The position numbers and the translations under genes are program-made. A stretch of 64,000 bases of DNA from an uncultured Clostridia bacterium (GTDB lineage: Bacteria > Bacillota > Clostridia > Oscillospirales > Ruminococcaceae): the NCBI GenBank assembly GCA_947363605.1, contig CANAQK010000003.1, positions 1,415 to 65,414 of the forward strand, in the 5' to 3' direction. A model generated the notes under the pieces. The model was not told the origin of the DNA, searched no databases, and worked only from the letters and a program-made list of their open reading frames with translations. Within the stretch, counting starts at the first letter, position 1. Every line of letters begins with the position of its first letter. Positions 28,372-38,602 of this stretch are shown in pieces.

Positions 28372-29613
28372 TTATTTTTGTTCATGGGAAAGCTCCGCTG
28401 CTAAGCTGTAGCGTCCTCCCCCACAGGGCGAAGCCAGACCCACCAGTTCAAGCTGGGTCAGCTCCGATAAAAGCAGCCCGGTTTCCATTCCGATTTCCGC
28501 GGCAATTTCGTCAATCTGCCGGGGAACAAAGTGCAGGGCCTGATAAATCTGCCGCTGCCCGTCTGTCAGCTCCTCCAACAAAGAAGCTGCTGCCTGGTCA
28601 AACCTCCGGCGCCGTTCCTTTTCCCTATCTGGATCCAACCGAGGGGCGGCAGGGAGAGCCTCCCGCTGTGTTTCACGATAGGGCACCGCCGGCTTCACCC
28701 AATCCGCCATAGGGGTTTTGGATTGGATCAATTCCCCATACTGCTCCCGGTACTGGCTGAGGATATCCTCTGTGCAAAAACAGGGAATCGCTCCGTCCCG
28801 CAAAAATGGGATTACCCCTGCATAGCTTGGGGAAAACACATCCGCAGGCGGAAGGCAAAAACATTCCTTCCCCTGCTCCAACGCATGATTCAGAGTCAGC
28901 AAAGAACCGCTCCTCATCGGTGCGTGGGTAACCAACGTTCCCAGCGATAATCCGGAAAGCAAGCGGTTCCGGGTAGCAAAGTACCGGCTGCTGACATGAG
29001 TCCCAGGCGGAAGCTCTGTCAGCAGGACTCCCTGTCTGGCCAGCCGGACCTTGACGCCGTGCGTCGCCTCGGGATAATCAATGTCCATCCCACAAGCCAG
29101 TATGCCGATACTTTTCCCGCCGGCATCCAGCGCCGCTTCATGGGCGGCCCTATCGATCCCAACCGCGCATCCGCTGACAACAGTGATCCCAGCGGATGCC
29201 AGCTCGGAAGCCACCATCCTGGTAAACCGTTCCGTATAAGCCTCGGTTTCCCGCGTGCCCACGATCGTAATGCTGAGCGGATTTTTCAGCACGGAAAGAT
29301 CCCCGATCGCATACAGCAGAACCGGAGGGCCGTAAATATCCCGCAGCCGCGCCGGGAAATGTTCGTCTTCATAAGAAATCAACGTAATCCGTTTTCGACG
29401 GCATTCCTTCAGGATATGCTCCGCCCGGCCCACGGAAACTGTTTTCATCCGGCGGATTTCAGCCTCCGGCAATGAATAGAGGGAAACGATCTCCTCCACT
29501 GGCATTTCCATCAAAGCTTCCGGAGATGCCCCCTGCTCCAAAAGCTGCCGAGGGCGGTCGCTTCCATAAGAAAACAGCTGGGAAAACCAAATCCATGCTA
29601 ATATTGGCTCCAT
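28372..29613 (-). CDS. dprA: DNA-processing protein DprA
   Basis: It has a Rossmann-like core (ITIVGTRETEAYTERFT...SGCAVGIDRAAHEAAL) and sits upstream of topA. Confidence 0.9.
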   Translation of the reverse strand: MEPILAWIWFSQLFSYGSDRPRQLLEQGASPEALMEMPVEEIVSLYSLPEAEIRRMKTVSVGRAEHILKECRRKRITLISYEDEHFPARLRDIYGPPVLLYAIGDLSVLKNPLSITIVGTRETEAYTERFTRMVASELASAGITVVSGCAVGIDRAAHEAALDAGGKSIGILACGMDIDYPEATHGVKVRLARQGVLLTELPPGTHVSSRYFATRNRLLSGLSLGTLVTHAPMRSGSLLTLNHALEQGKECFCLPPADVFSPSYAGVIPFLRDGAIPCFCTEDILSQYREQYGELIQSKTPMADWVKPAVPYRETQREALPAAPRLDPDREKERRRRFDQAAASLLEELTDGQRQIYQALHFVPRQIDEIAAEIGMETGLLLSELTQLELVGLASPCGGGRYSLAAELSHEQK

Positions 29614-29629
29614 ACGGCAACCCCTCTTT

Positions 29630-30415
29630 TTATTTTGTCATTTCCCAGAGCAAAATACACGCCGCCATCGACGCATTCAGTGATTCTGTGTTCCCTGGCA
29701 TCGGGATCGTCACCCGCTGGGTACACTTTGCTGCCAACTCCGGCGGAAGCCCATTTCCTTCGTTTCCAATCAGCAGGACGGCTGGATCATCAAAAGCCAG
29801 CTTCCCCAGAAGGGCGGCATCCGGATCCAACACCGCAGCATAAGTAGATACCCGCCTGCGCCTCAATTCTTCCAGTAGTATTCCAGCCTCATCGGCCTGG
29901 TAAAAAGGCACCCGGAAGACCGAACCCATACTTCCCCGAATTACTTTGGGATTATAAATATCGCAGGTATGATCCGCTAAAATCACACCCTCCACGCCGA
30001 GCGCTTCGGCGGTACGGATCATCGTCCCTACGTTGCCGGCATCCTGAAGCCCAACCAGCATCAGGTAACGCCCGCTTGTTTCTATTTTATCCAGCGAAAA
30101 CGATTTGTCAAGCTTTTGGGCAATGGCATAAACCCCTTGGGGCGTTTGGGCCTGGCTGAGCTTTCTTTCCAAAGCGGAAGGGATTTGGCATACGCGAAGC
30201 CCTTGAAAAAGTTTTTCTAACTCCTGTTCCTGCTTACAGAAACAGGTTTCGGTCACAAAAACCATTTCAATAGACAGCCCGCTTTGCACGGCTTCCCGGA
30301 ACAGCTTCACGCTTTCAAGCACAAAACGCCCTGTACGGTCACGCTCTCCTTTAGAGGACGCCAATTTCCCATATTCTTTGATCCAGGCGTTGTCTTTAGA
30401 AGTAATCTGCTGCAT
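29630..30415 (-). CDS. TrmH/SpoU-family RNA 2'-O-methyltransferase
   Basis: It has the SpoU motifs GLQDAGNVGTMIRTAEA, LLIGNEGNGL and SLNASMAACILL. The start MQQITSKDN has an RBS. Confidence 0.85.
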   Translation of the reverse strand: MQQITSKDNAWIKEYGKLASSKGERDRTGRFVLESVKLFREAVQSGLSIEMVFVTETCFCKQEQELEKLFQGLRVCQIPSALERKLSQAQTPQGVYAIAQKLDKSFSLDKIETSGRYLMLVGLQDAGNVGTMIRTAEALGVEGVILADHTCDIYNPKVIRGSMGSVFRVPFYQADEAGILLEELRRRRVSTYAAVLDPDAALLGKLAFDDPAVLLIGNEGNGLPPELAAKCTQRVTIPMPGNTESLNASMAACILLWEMTK

Positions 30416-30480
30416 AAATGACCTTCTTTCCCCACATACAAAAACCGAAGCCAAACGAAATTTGACGAACAGCCATATAC

Positions 30481-30514
30481 GAAAACACGCCCGGGTCGTT
30501 AGAGGACGCGGGCG
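30481..30514 (-). terminator. Intrinsic terminator downstream of rplT
   Basis: On the minus strand, CGCCCGCgtcctctaacgacCCGGGCG is followed by TGTTTTC. Confidence 0.5.
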
Positions 30515-30529
30515 AGTCGCAGTTATTTC

Positions 30530-30886
30530 CTATTTTACAGCAGCCTTTGCCTGCTCGCAGAGAGCGGTAAAAGCGGCAGCGTCATGGATTGCAATTTCAG
30601 AAAGCATTTTGCGGTTCAGCGTTACGCCGGCTTTTTTCAGGCCATTCATAAAGGAAGAATAATTCATCCCGTTCATTTTGCAGCCAGCCGAAATACGGGT
30701 GATCCAGAGTTTTCTGAAGTCACGTTTTTTCTGTTTACGGCCGATATACGCATACTGGCCGGATTTCATGACCGCTTCTTTCGCTGTTTTGAAGAGCTTG
30801 GATTTGCCTCCCCAATAGCCTTTAGCCAGTTTCAGTGTTTTATTTCTTCTCTTGCGAGTTGCCATTGCTCCTTTAACACGAGCCAT
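30530..30886 (-). CDS. rplT: 50S ribosomal protein L20
   Basis: [39 protein letters not shown] is canonical L20. Confidence 0.97.
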   Translation of the reverse strand: MARVKGAMATRKRRNKTLKLAKGYWGGKSKLFKTAKEAVMKSGQYAYIGRKQKKRDFRKLWITRISAGCKMNGMNYSSFMNGLKKAGVTLNRKMLSEIAIHDAAAFTALCEQAKAAVK

Positions 30887-30917
30887 AATTTATACCTCCG
30901 TTTGTCCTATCAATCGA

Positions 30918-31121
30918 TTATTTGTAAGGGATCAGCTTTTTCACTGCGGCTACGTTGGTCTTATCCACGTAAGCGCCCTTGCGCAGACCTCTTTTTCTTT
31001 TGGTGGTTTTTCCATGGCCGTTCAGCAGATGGCTCTTATTGGCATGAGCGCGTTTAACCTTGCCGTTTTTGGTCAGCGCAAAACGTTTTTTGGCGCCGGA
31101 ATGTGTTTTCAATTTAGGCAT
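30918..31121 (-). CDS. rpmI: 50S ribosomal protein L35
   Basis: [31 protein letters not shown] is canonical L35. Confidence 0.95.
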   Translation of the reverse strand: MPKLKTHSGAKKRFALTKNGKVKRAHANKSHLLNGHGKTTKRKRGLRKGAYVDKTNVAAVKKLIPYK

Positions 31122-31144
31122 AATGAAAGCCTCCTTATTTCCTT

Positions 31145-31669
31145 TTACTTTGTTGTTTTCGGTGCAATAAACATGGCCAGACTGCGGCCTTCCATTTTGG
31201 GCGCTTTTTCCATAACGCCGTCTTCCCCACAGGCCTGAACAAACTGCTCGAGCAATCCCTTCCCCATCTCCGGATGCGCCATCTCACGGCCGCGGTAGCG
31301 GACGCTGACTTTCACCTTATCTCCGTCGCGAAGGAATTTGCGCGCATGGGACACCTTGGTATTCAGATCATGCGTATCAATATTCAGGGACATCCGCACT
31401 TCTTTGATTTCCACTGTTTTCTGATTCTTCCGCGCCTCTTTGTCGCGTTTTGCCTGCTCGTAGCGGTATTTGCCGTAATCCATAATCTTACAGACCGGCG
31501 GAGTAGCCATCGGCGCAATTTTGACCAGATCGAGATTTTTCTCAACCGCCAGTTTCAGTGCGTCTTTGGAACTCATAATACCAAGCTGGCTGCCGTCACT
31601 GTCTACCAGACGGACTTCCTTATCCCGGATTTCTTCGTTCATGGGCAAGTCATTACTTTTGCTAATAAT
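31145..31669 (-). CDS. infC: Translation initiation factor IF-3 (probable ATT start)
   Basis: [14 protein letters not shown]...[14 protein letters not shown] is typical of IF-3. A GGAGGTG RBS is followed by two ATT codons at 31669 and 31666. No ATG is correctly placed. The ORF-track start is an internal TTG. Confidence 0.88.
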   Translation of the reverse strand: MISKSNDLPMNEEIRDKEVRLVDSDGSQLGIMSSKDALKLAVEKNLDLVKIAPMATPPVCKIMDYGKYRYEQAKRDKEARKNQKTVEIKEVRMSLNIDTHDLNTKVSHARKFLRDGDKVKVSVRYRGREMAHPEMGKGLLEQFVQACGEDGVMEKAPKMEGRSLAMFIAPKTTK

Positions 31670-31684
31670 AAAGCACCTCCATCA

Positions 31685-31840
31685 TATGGGCAGAACCCGA
31701 AACTGTAAATACAAAACAAAAGCGCAGACAAAATGTCCACGCTTTTCAACAACAGTTCAAAAACTCTCGTTTTTTGTATTAACCCGGCGCGTTATATTAC
31801 GGCAGGGTGAGAACGTGGAACAGTTCTGCTTTGTTTTCTT
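31685..31840 (-). promoter_or_regulatory. L20-leader-like transcription attenuator upstream of infC
   Basis: The leader is about 170 nt. It ends in AAAAGCGTGGACAttttGTCTGCGCTTTT followed by GTTTTGT (31717-31746). An upstream GTTCCACG segment could pair with the terminator's left arm. Confidence 0.45.
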
Positions 31841-31844
31841 AGTA

Positions 31845-31873
31845 AGGATACCACGGATTTCCTGAGTTGTCAA
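31845..31873 (-). promoter_or_regulatory. Candidate sigma-A promoter of the infC-rpmI-rplT operon
   Basis: The minus strand reads TTGACA, a 17-nt spacer, then TATCCT, directly after an AACCCCgtccaaaGGGGTT hairpin. Confidence 0.5.
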
Positions 31874-31900
31874 CCCCTTTGGACGGGGTTTTCGAATTTT

Positions 31901-32446
31901 TCATCGGATACGGAATCTGCCGTCCTGAAGCGCCCGGAGAATCTGGGCCGCACTTTCCTCCGCCGTTTGCCCTGTGGTATCCACTGTGTTCCGCTCATAA
32001 GGCCCCAACCGGGAGAAGAAACGCCAAAGCTTCCGGACCATTTCCAGATTCAGCGGAAATTCCTCCTTCTGCTCGCGGGCAGAAGCACGGGCGGCCGTTT
32101 CCTCCTCACTGGGCCGAAGGATAAGATACCGGATATCCATTCCTGCTTCGGCCAAGCGGAGCCACGGCGTAAGAAACCAAGGGCCGATGACGCCGTCCAC
32201 ATAAACCTCGTAACCGCCCTTACAGAAGGCTCCGGCTGCCGCCGCGGCCGCCTGGATCACAGTATCATTCTGTTCCCCGGATTCCTCCATCCAGGGCGGG
32301 ATATACCCGCTGCAGATGTACTGGTAAAAATCATCCGTATGAAGATGGACCGTCCGTCCACAGGAAGAACGCTCCGCCAGCAGCCTGGCTGTTGTGGTTT
32401 TCCCACTTCCACAGGATCCTGAAAGCGGGATAATCCGTCCAAACAT
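31901..32446 (-). CDS. P-loop NTPase / small-molecule-kinase-like protein
   Basis: It has Walker A GSCGSGKTTTARLL. The start at 32446 has a GGAGGAGGGGG RBS. Confidence 0.6.
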   Translation of the reverse strand: MFGRIIPLSGSCGSGKTTTARLLAERSSCGRTVHLHTDDFYQYICSGYIPPWMEESGEQNDTVIQAAAAAAGAFCKGGYEVYVDGVIGPWFLTPWLRLAEAGMDIRYLILRPSEEETAARASAREQKEEFPLNLEMVRKLWRFFSRLGPYERNTVDTTGQTAEESAAQILRALQDGRFRIR

Positions 32447-32475
32447 CGATTCCCCCTCCTCTACTAAGATCCTTT

Positions 32476-33621
32476 TTATTTCCCTCTGCTCATCTGCTTC
32501 ACACCCAGCTCCATTCCTCCCGCTGTCAGAAAAAACAGCATACCGGTTTGGAACCAAAGAAGGGGCAGGTCTGTTACGCCGTGGATACACAAGGCAAAGA
32601 CCAGAGAAAAAATCAGCGCCGCAGTTCCCCGGGTTTCCGGGGAAGCCAGCATCCTCCTAACTCTCTGAAGGCAAAGACCCGCATAGGCCATAATCCCGGC
32701 GGTTCCGGCTACCCCAAAGCTAAGAAGAGGATCCAGATAAAGACTATGCGCGTGATAGGTTGCGTAACCTCCGTAATCCTTCCAAACAGAAAAATAGGCC
32801 AGCAGCCCTTGTCCAAACAGCGGATGCGCCAGAAAGCCTTTCCAGGCTGTCTGCCAGATATTCAAACGGGTTTCAAAGCTTTCCGGCAGGCGGTCTAAAC
32901 GAGGAAGCAGTCCAGGCACCAGGATAATCACCAGCAGGAAAAGCAGAGCAAACAGCCCAAAAAGACCTGCCGCCCGGTGTCTGCCCGCCAAAAAAAGCTG
33001 GAGTACAACCCCTCCGAGAACAGCCAGCCAAACCGACTGGCTGTCACAAAGAAACAATCCCATTAAATTGATGACCAGGACCTGAAGATAAAATCCCAAG
33101 TGCTGAGGAGAAGAGAGGATCCGGCTGACGCAGATTAAAAGCAGGAACTCAATAGCCATTCCATAGTAATTCGCATTGAGCATCCCTCCGGTAGCGCGGA
33201 AACAAGGCCCTAAAACCAATTTTTCCGCAACAGCACAGAAAAAGCTGAAAAAGCTGGCCAGACAACACCAGTCCAGCGCAACCAAATACCGTCCCGGTGT
33301 CAGCAGGCTCCGGACGTAAAGGAAAAACAGGAGAACCAGGATCCCCCCTGCCCCAGCAAGCAGACTGACCCAATTCCGATGAATCAACGGGACGATCGCC
33401 AGCATTCCGCATAATACCAGAAAAAGCCTGTTCCCCTTTTGGCACAGCATCGCCTGCCGGAGTTCCTTTTTCAGCAGCCCATAAACCACGGTGGCCAGCA
33501 GCATTCCGCAAGTAAATACAAACGGCAGAAAGATCGAAACCGCACAAAGATAAAGCAACCGTTCCGACAGTCCTGCCTGCCGGAACGACCGAAACAACCC
33601 GGCCGGAACGGAATCTTTCAC
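32476..33621 (-). CDS. O-antigen ligase/polymerase family membrane protein
   Basis: It is a polytopic membrane protein with a Wzy_C-like loop (HAHSLYLDPLLSFGVAG). Confidence 0.7.
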   Translation of the reverse strand: MKDSVPAGLFRSFRQAGLSERLLYLCAVSIFLPFVFTCGMLLATVVYGLLKKELRQAMLCQKGNRLFLVLCGMLAIVPLIHRNWVSLLAGAGGILVLLFFLYVRSLLTPGRYLVALDWCCLASFFSFFCAVAEKLVLGPCFRATGGMLNANYYGMAIEFLLLICVSRILSSPQHLGFYLQVLVINLMGLFLCDSQSVWLAVLGGVVLQLFLAGRHRAAGLFGLFALLFLLVIILVPGLLPRLDRLPESFETRLNIWQTAWKGFLAHPLFGQGLLAYFSVWKDYGGYATYHAHSLYLDPLLSFGVAGTAGIMAYAGLCLQRVRRMLASPETRGTAALIFSLVFALCIHGVTDLPLLWFQTGMLFFLTAGGMELGVKQMSRGK

Positions 33622-33666
33622 TCAAAGCCCCTCCTCTGAGAACTCATCAGAATCCGGAACGCTGCG

Positions 33667-34233
33667 TTACCGCTTAATCACTACTGCCAAAAATTCACAG
33701 TCTTCCCCACCGGTCGCAATCATCCCATGGCCGTGGCCGGAATCATACATAATCGCGTCGCCCTCATTGAGCACCAGCGTATGATTTTCCATCCGCACCT
33801 TCAAGGCCCCTTTCAGCACTAGATCAAATTCCTGACCGTCATGAGTAGAAAGTGCAATGGGTTTGCTCTGTTCCTCCTCCGAATAAGGGGCGGTGACAAT
33901 AAACGGTTCGCAAAGCTTCCCTTTTAAATTATGCGCCATGTGCTGATAGCGGAAACCGCTCCGGCGGCTCATACTGACGCCGCTGCCCGCCTTGGTAACG
34001 GTGAAAAAGGACAGATGCGGGTTTTCTCCTGTCAGCAATTCGACAATATCCACACCGAATTTTTCAGCGCATTTATGTAGAAAGGTAAAGGAAAAATCCT
34101 GCTCGGCATTTTCATGCGCGGCATACTCCGCTTCGGTACAGCCGATACATTCCGCCATTTCGGCAGGAGTCAATTCCAATATTTCCCGGAGTTCTTTAAT
34201 CCTCTGGGCAATTTCAATAATTTTAGGTTCCAT
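33667..34233 (-). CDS. XRE-family HTH regulator with C-terminal cupin domain
   Basis: It has the HTH IAQRIKELREILELTPAEMAECIGCTEAEYAAHE and the cupin EGDAIMYDSGHGHGM. A GGAGG RBS lies before the ATG at 34233. Confidence 0.85.
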   Translation of the reverse strand: MEPKIIEIAQRIKELREILELTPAEMAECIGCTEAEYAAHENAEQDFSFTFLHKCAEKFGVDIVELLTGENPHLSFFTVTKAGSGVSMSRRSGFRYQHMAHNLKGKLCEPFIVTAPYSEEEQSKPIALSTHDGQEFDLVLKGALKVRMENHTLVLNEGDAIMYDSGHGHGMIATGGEDCEFLAVVIKR

Positions 34234-34457
34234 ATTCTTGTTAACCTCCATCTGCTTTTTCCACGGAAAAAGCACAGAACAGGGTGTGTGCTTTCCCAAA
34301 CTTGGGATTACTTTGTATTATAACACAGCACCTGGTTAAAAAAAAGTAATTTTATAAACTTTTTTAAACAAATTTCTTGTCTTTTTCCGCCGATGTGATA
34401 CAATAGCCTAGAACTCATTCGAAGCAGATTTCCTTTCTTTTCACACGGAGAATCAAC

Positions 34458-35051
34458 ATGGCAAAATCCACCTGGAACCCCAGCACTTTATTAGGCCCAT
34501 TGCCGCCGGTTCTGGTCAGCTGCGGCAGTATGGAGCGGTCCAACCTCATCACCATCGCCTGGACAGGAATCGTCAATACCATTCCGCCAATGACCTATAT
34601 TTCAGTCCGCCCCGAACGGTATTCCTACCCGATTATTAAGGACAGCGGCGAATTTGTCATTAACCTCACCACTGCGGCGCTCTGCCGGGCCGCCGACTTC
34701 TGCGGCGCACGCACCGGCGCGAAATGGGATAAATTCGAGGCCTGCGGGCTGACAAAGGAAAAAGTCAGCCAGCTTTCCTGCCCGGCAGTGGCGGAAAGCC
34801 CGCTCAACCTGGAATGCCGGGTGCAGGATATCCTCCCTTTGGGCTCCCATCATCTTTTTCTAGCCGAAATTGCGGCGGTAAACGTGGAGGATTCCCTGCT
34901 GGATGAGAACGGGAAGCTCTGTCTGGACCGGGCCGGGCTGGCCGCATTCGCACACGGGGAATATTTCGAACTGGGCAAACGGATTGGTACCTTTGGATTC
35001 TCAGTGCGAAAAAAGAAAAAGAAAGCCCCTTCCAAAGCGAAAGGAGGATAA
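34458..35051 (+). CDS. Flavin reductase-like FMN-binding protein
   Basis: It resembles the flavin reductase domain (LITIAWTGIVNTIPPMTYISVRPERYSYPIIKDSGEFVINL). Confidence 0.85.
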   Translation: MAKSTWNPSTLLGPLPPVLVSCGSMERSNLITIAWTGIVNTIPPMTYISVRPERYSYPIIKDSGEFVINLTTAALCRAADFCGARTGAKWDKFEACGLTKEKVSQLSCPAVAESPLNLECRVQDILPLGSHHLFLAEIAAVNVEDSLLDENGKLCLDRAGLAAFAHGEYFELGKRIGTFGFSVRKKKKKAPSKAKGG

Positions 35052-35055
35052 GAGC

Positions 35056-36039
35056 ATGACCACCAAAGAATATGTCCTCCGTCTTTTGGAAGAACACAAA
35101 GGCTCCCCTCTTTCCGGCAGCCAGATCGCCGCAAAGCTGGGTGTTTCCCGCGCGGCAGTTTGGAAAGCGGTACAGTCCCTATTAGACTGCGGATACCCAA
35201 TTACAGCTGCCAATAACCGGGGATACTGCTTGGAGGCTACCAGTGATATCCTCTCCCGTGAAAGTATCCTCCCCTACCTTCATAATCCTGCGTTTTATCC
35301 GGAGATCCGGGTGCTGGATTCGGTGGATTCCACCAACCAGGAAGCAAAAAAGCGTGCGCATAACGGGGCCCCCAGCGGGACTGTTATCCTCGCTGAGCAG
35401 CAAACCGCCGGACGGGGAAGGCTGGGCAGAAGCTTCTTTTCCCCGGCAGGAAGCGGCATTTATCTCAGCGTGGTCTTCCGGCTGGATTTCTCGATTGATG
35501 TTTCCCTGCTGCTGACCTCGGCTGCCGCGGTTGCGGTCTGCCGGGCAATCCGTTCCGTAACCGGGCTGGAAGCCCAGATCAAATGGGTCAACGACATTTA
35601 TCTGGACGGGAAAAAAATCTGCGGGATTTTAACAGAAGCCAGCATGAATTTTGAAAACCAGCAGCTGGAATACTTGGTCGTTGGGATCGGTATCAATGTC
35701 CGTACAGGCTCCTTTCCTCCGGAAGTTGAGAAAGTCGCCACCGCGCTGGAACCCCATTTGGAGGGGCGGCGGATTTCCCGCAGCGAATTGATCGGCGCCG
35801 TCCTCAACGAGCTGGAAACGGTGTTGAAACAACTGGAAAACCAGGATTTTCTGGAGGAATACCGGGAGCGCTCTTTCGTATTGGGCAAGCGTATCTCGGT
35901 GATTACACCACAGGAAATCTATCCAGCCGTAGCCCAAGCTCTGAATAATCAGGGACATTTGATCGTCCAGCGAGAGGATAATGGGGAAACCGCCGTACTG
36001 AATACGGGGGAAATTTCCATCCGGCGGATGGAAGCTTAA
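35056..36039 (+). CDS. birA: Bifunctional biotin--[acetyl-CoA-carboxylase] ligase / repressor BirA
   Basis: It has an N-terminal wHTH (SGSQIAAKLGVSRAAVWKAVQSL) and the ligase motif QTAGRGRLGRSF...KWVNDIYLDGKKICGIL. The RBS is AAGGAGG. Confidence 0.92.
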   Translation: MTTKEYVLRLLEEHKGSPLSGSQIAAKLGVSRAAVWKAVQSLLDCGYPITAANNRGYCLEATSDILSRESILPYLHNPAFYPEIRVLDSVDSTNQEAKKRAHNGAPSGTVILAEQQTAGRGRLGRSFFSPAGSGIYLSVVFRLDFSIDVSLLLTSAAAVAVCRAIRSVTGLEAQIKWVNDIYLDGKKICGILTEASMNFENQQLEYLVVGIGINVRTGSFPPEVEKVATALEPHLEGRRISRSELIGAVLNELETVLKQLENQDFLEEYRERSFVLGKRISVITPQEIYPAVAQALNNQGHLIVQREDNGETAVLNTGEISIRRMEA

Positions 36040-36046
36040 TCCATCG

Positions 36047-36067
36047 AAAAAGCAGATTCTCTGCTTT
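36047..36067 (+). terminator. Intrinsic terminator after birA
   Basis: The hairpin is AAAAGCAGAttctCTGCTTTT. Confidence 0.55.
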
Positions 36068-36105
36068 TAAAGAATATTTTTATGGAATGTAGAATGGTGA
36101 ACATC

Positions 36106-38526
36106 ATGAAAGAAATCAAACTTTCCCCCTGGAAGGCCGTTGCAACCCTTCCCTACCAAGCCGACTTCTCCCAGCACATCCAGCAGGGTGTGCTCCTGCC
36201 TAACCTGACGGACTGGATCGATGCCTCCGTCCCCGGAAGTATCTATAAAGATCTCCACCGGGCAGGCGTGATTGAAGATCCCTATTTCGGGGAAAACAGC
36301 CTGGCCTGCGAATGGGTTGCCGGACGCTGGTGGATTTACCGCACCACGTTTACCGTTACCGCTGAGGACTGCCAGGATACCCTCCGGCTGTGCTTCCACG
36401 GTATCGATTATTCCGCTCAGATTTTCCTGAATGGAAAAAAGCTTGGCCATCATGAGGGGATGTATCTTCCCTTTGAAGCGATTGTCAACGACCAAGTCAA
36501 ACCGGACGAGGAAAACGTCTTGGTCTGCGTGCTGGAGCACGCCCCGCTGGCTGATCCCCAGCCTGGCTACACCTCCAAAACCCGTTATCTGAAAGCGCGG
36601 TATAACTATAAGTGGGATTTCGCAGTCCGGCTGGTGAATTTAGGCTTGTATGACGAAGTAACCCTGACCCGGCACAACACGGCCCACATTGCCCACAGTT
36701 TTGTCCGTCCAATGAAGAAGGAAAACAGCTGGGAACTGGATATTTCTCTGGAACTGGATGTTTACCGGGACAGCAGCGCTGAAATCCACTTCTCCTTACA
36801 GCACCCTACCCGGAAAGAAGAAAAGTGGGAAATCCGTGAAGAAATCGCCCTGAAGAAAGGGTTCCAAACCTGGAGAACCACCCTTCCGGTGGAAAGCCCG
36901 GAGCTTTGGTGGCCAAACGGCTACGGCGCCCAGACCCTCTATGATTTCCAATTGGATGTTTCTGCGGATGGCTGCATCTCGGACGAGGTTTCTCATAAAA
37001 TCGGGTTCCGTACCCTGGAATTCCGCCACGCCGATGGCCGCGAAGATGCGCTGACTTACAACGCCGTTATCAATGGGAAACGGGTCTTCCTCAAGGGAAC
37101 CAACTTGGTACCCCTCTGCTGCATGACCGGTTCAGTAACAGAAGAACACCTGCGCCGCACCCTTCAGGCGGCTAAAGAGGCTTATGTAAATTATTTCCGG
37201 ATCTGGGGCGGAGGCCATCTGGAAAGCCGCCGCTTCTATGAGCTTTGCGACGAATATGGCCTGATGGTCTTGCAGGAATTCACCATGTCTTCTTCCGGCT
37301 GCGACGATGTCCCCTCCCGGAACCCGGAATTTTTGGAGCTTTTACGCAAAGCGGCTGTTTACAATATCAAATGGATGCGCAACCATGTTTCCCTCATTGC
37401 TATGGATGGAGGCAATGAATTGACGGATGAACGCTACATGGATTCCGACGACCATGAAGGACACCCGGCCGATTTCAACGACCCGACCCTGGCCATGCTG
37501 AAAGGGCTGGTCAACTCCCACGCGCCCGATATCCTGATGCTCCCCTCCTCCGGTTCCGGTCCCAACGCGCTGCTGAAGGTCGGCGACCTTGGAAACAATC
37601 ACGATGTACACGGCCCCTGGGGTTATGTCGGGCCTTACGACCACTACAACTTCTATAACCAGTCCGACTGCATTGTCCACGGGGAATTTGGCTGCGGAGG
37701 TATCAGCTCGCTGGAATCTATTCAGAAGTTTATGGAGGAAAAGGATCAGCATCTCTGTACCTCCAATGAAAACCCGGTCTGGCGGCATCATTCCGGCGGA
37801 TGGGATACCTACTCCATGCGGGAAATGCAGATGTTCGGCGACCTGCGGCAGATCGGCTTTGCCGAATATATCAAGGTTAACCAGTTTATCCAGGCAGAGT
37901 CCCTGCGGTATTCCTTGGAGGCGAACCGCCGCCGTCAATGGGCCTGCGTCGGTGAAATGACCTGGCAGTTCAACGAGCCTTGGCCGAATATCCAGTGCTC
38001 CAACCTGCTGGAATACTATGGCGGGAAAAAGCTCGCGCTGTATTTTATGCAGGAGGCTTATTCCCCGGTGCTGGCCAGCCTGAAATACCACAAGCTGTTC
38101 TATACTGCGGGCGAAACCTTCCAGGCTGAAATCCATCTGATAAATGACTATCCGGACGCGGATTTCCAGATTGCCTGCGAGGTGGTCACAGAATCAGGAG
38201 AAGCGCTCTTCTCCTGCACTGAAACCGGCCGGGCTGCCGAAGACCTTTCCTTCAAGGTGCGGGATCTCTCTGTCATTCTGCCGGAAGGCTTGACCGGCAG
38301 CTTCTCGGTACGCCTGAAAACCACCTGCGGGGAATTCTCCTCTGAAAAAGAATACCTGATGCTGATCGCAGATCAGGACATCCCGGTTTCCCTGACCGAA
38401 ACTGAAGAGCTTGCCATCCAAACCTTCAGCAAGAAGCGGAAGATGGATCCCTCTATCACCAAGCGTGCAGATTGGCGGAGCGCGGCCGCTTTTGTGAACC
38501 GGATGGATCAAAAATATCGGAAATAA
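36106..38526 (+). CDS. Glycoside hydrolase family 2 protein (beta-mannosidase-like)
   Basis: The N-terminus is VPGSIYKDLHRAGVIEDPYFGEN...WWIYRTTF. Candidate catalytic motifs are GGNELTDE and HGEFGCGG. The start is chosen after GGTGA, and alternative ATGs begin at 36082. Confidence 0.82.
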   Translation: MKEIKLSPWKAVATLPYQADFSQHIQQGVLLPNLTDWIDASVPGSIYKDLHRAGVIEDPYFGENSLACEWVAGRWWIYRTTFTVTAEDCQDTLRLCFHGIDYSAQIFLNGKKLGHHEGMYLPFEAIVNDQVKPDEENVLVCVLEHAPLADPQPGYTSKTRYLKARYNYKWDFAVRLVNLGLYDEVTLTRHNTAHIAHSFVRPMKKENSWELDISLELDVYRDSSAEIHFSLQHPTRKEEKWEIREEIALKKGFQTWRTTLPVESPELWWPNGYGAQTLYDFQLDVSADGCISDEVSHKIGFRTLEFRHADGREDALTYNAVINGKRVFLKGTNLVPLCCMTGSVTEEHLRRTLQAAKEAYVNYFRIWGGGHLESRRFYELCDEYGLMVLQEFTMSSSGCDDVPSRNPEFLELLRKAAVYNIKWMRNHVSLIAMDGGNELTDERYMDSDDHEGHPADFNDPTLAMLKGLVNSHAPDILMLPSSGSGPNALLKVGDLGNNHDVHGPWGYVGPYDHYNFYNQSDCIVHGEFGCGGISSLESIQKFMEEKDQHLCTSNENPVWRHHSGGWDTYSMREMQMFGDLRQIGFAEYIKVNQFIQAESLRYSLEANRRRQWACVGEMTWQFNEPWPNIQCSNLLEYYGGKKLALYFMQEAYSPVLASLKYHKLFYTAGETFQAEIHLINDYPDADFQIACEVVTESGEALFSCTETGRAAEDLSFKVRDLSVILPEGLTGSFSVRLKTTCGEFSSEKEYLMLIADQDIPVSLTETEELAIQTFSKKRKMDPSITKRADWRSAAAFVNRMDQKYRK

Positions 38527-38540
38527 GCAGATTTGTTCAA

Positions 38541-38574
38541 AAGAAGCCGGCGGAAAGCCCCACCGGCTTCTTTT
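38541..38574 (+). terminator. Intrinsic terminator after the GH2 gene
   Basis: The hairpin is AAGAAGCCGGcggaaagccccaCCGGCTTCTTTT. Confidence 0.6.
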
Positions 38575-38602
38575 AATCTACTTTTATAGGAGGCTTTTGG
38601 CC

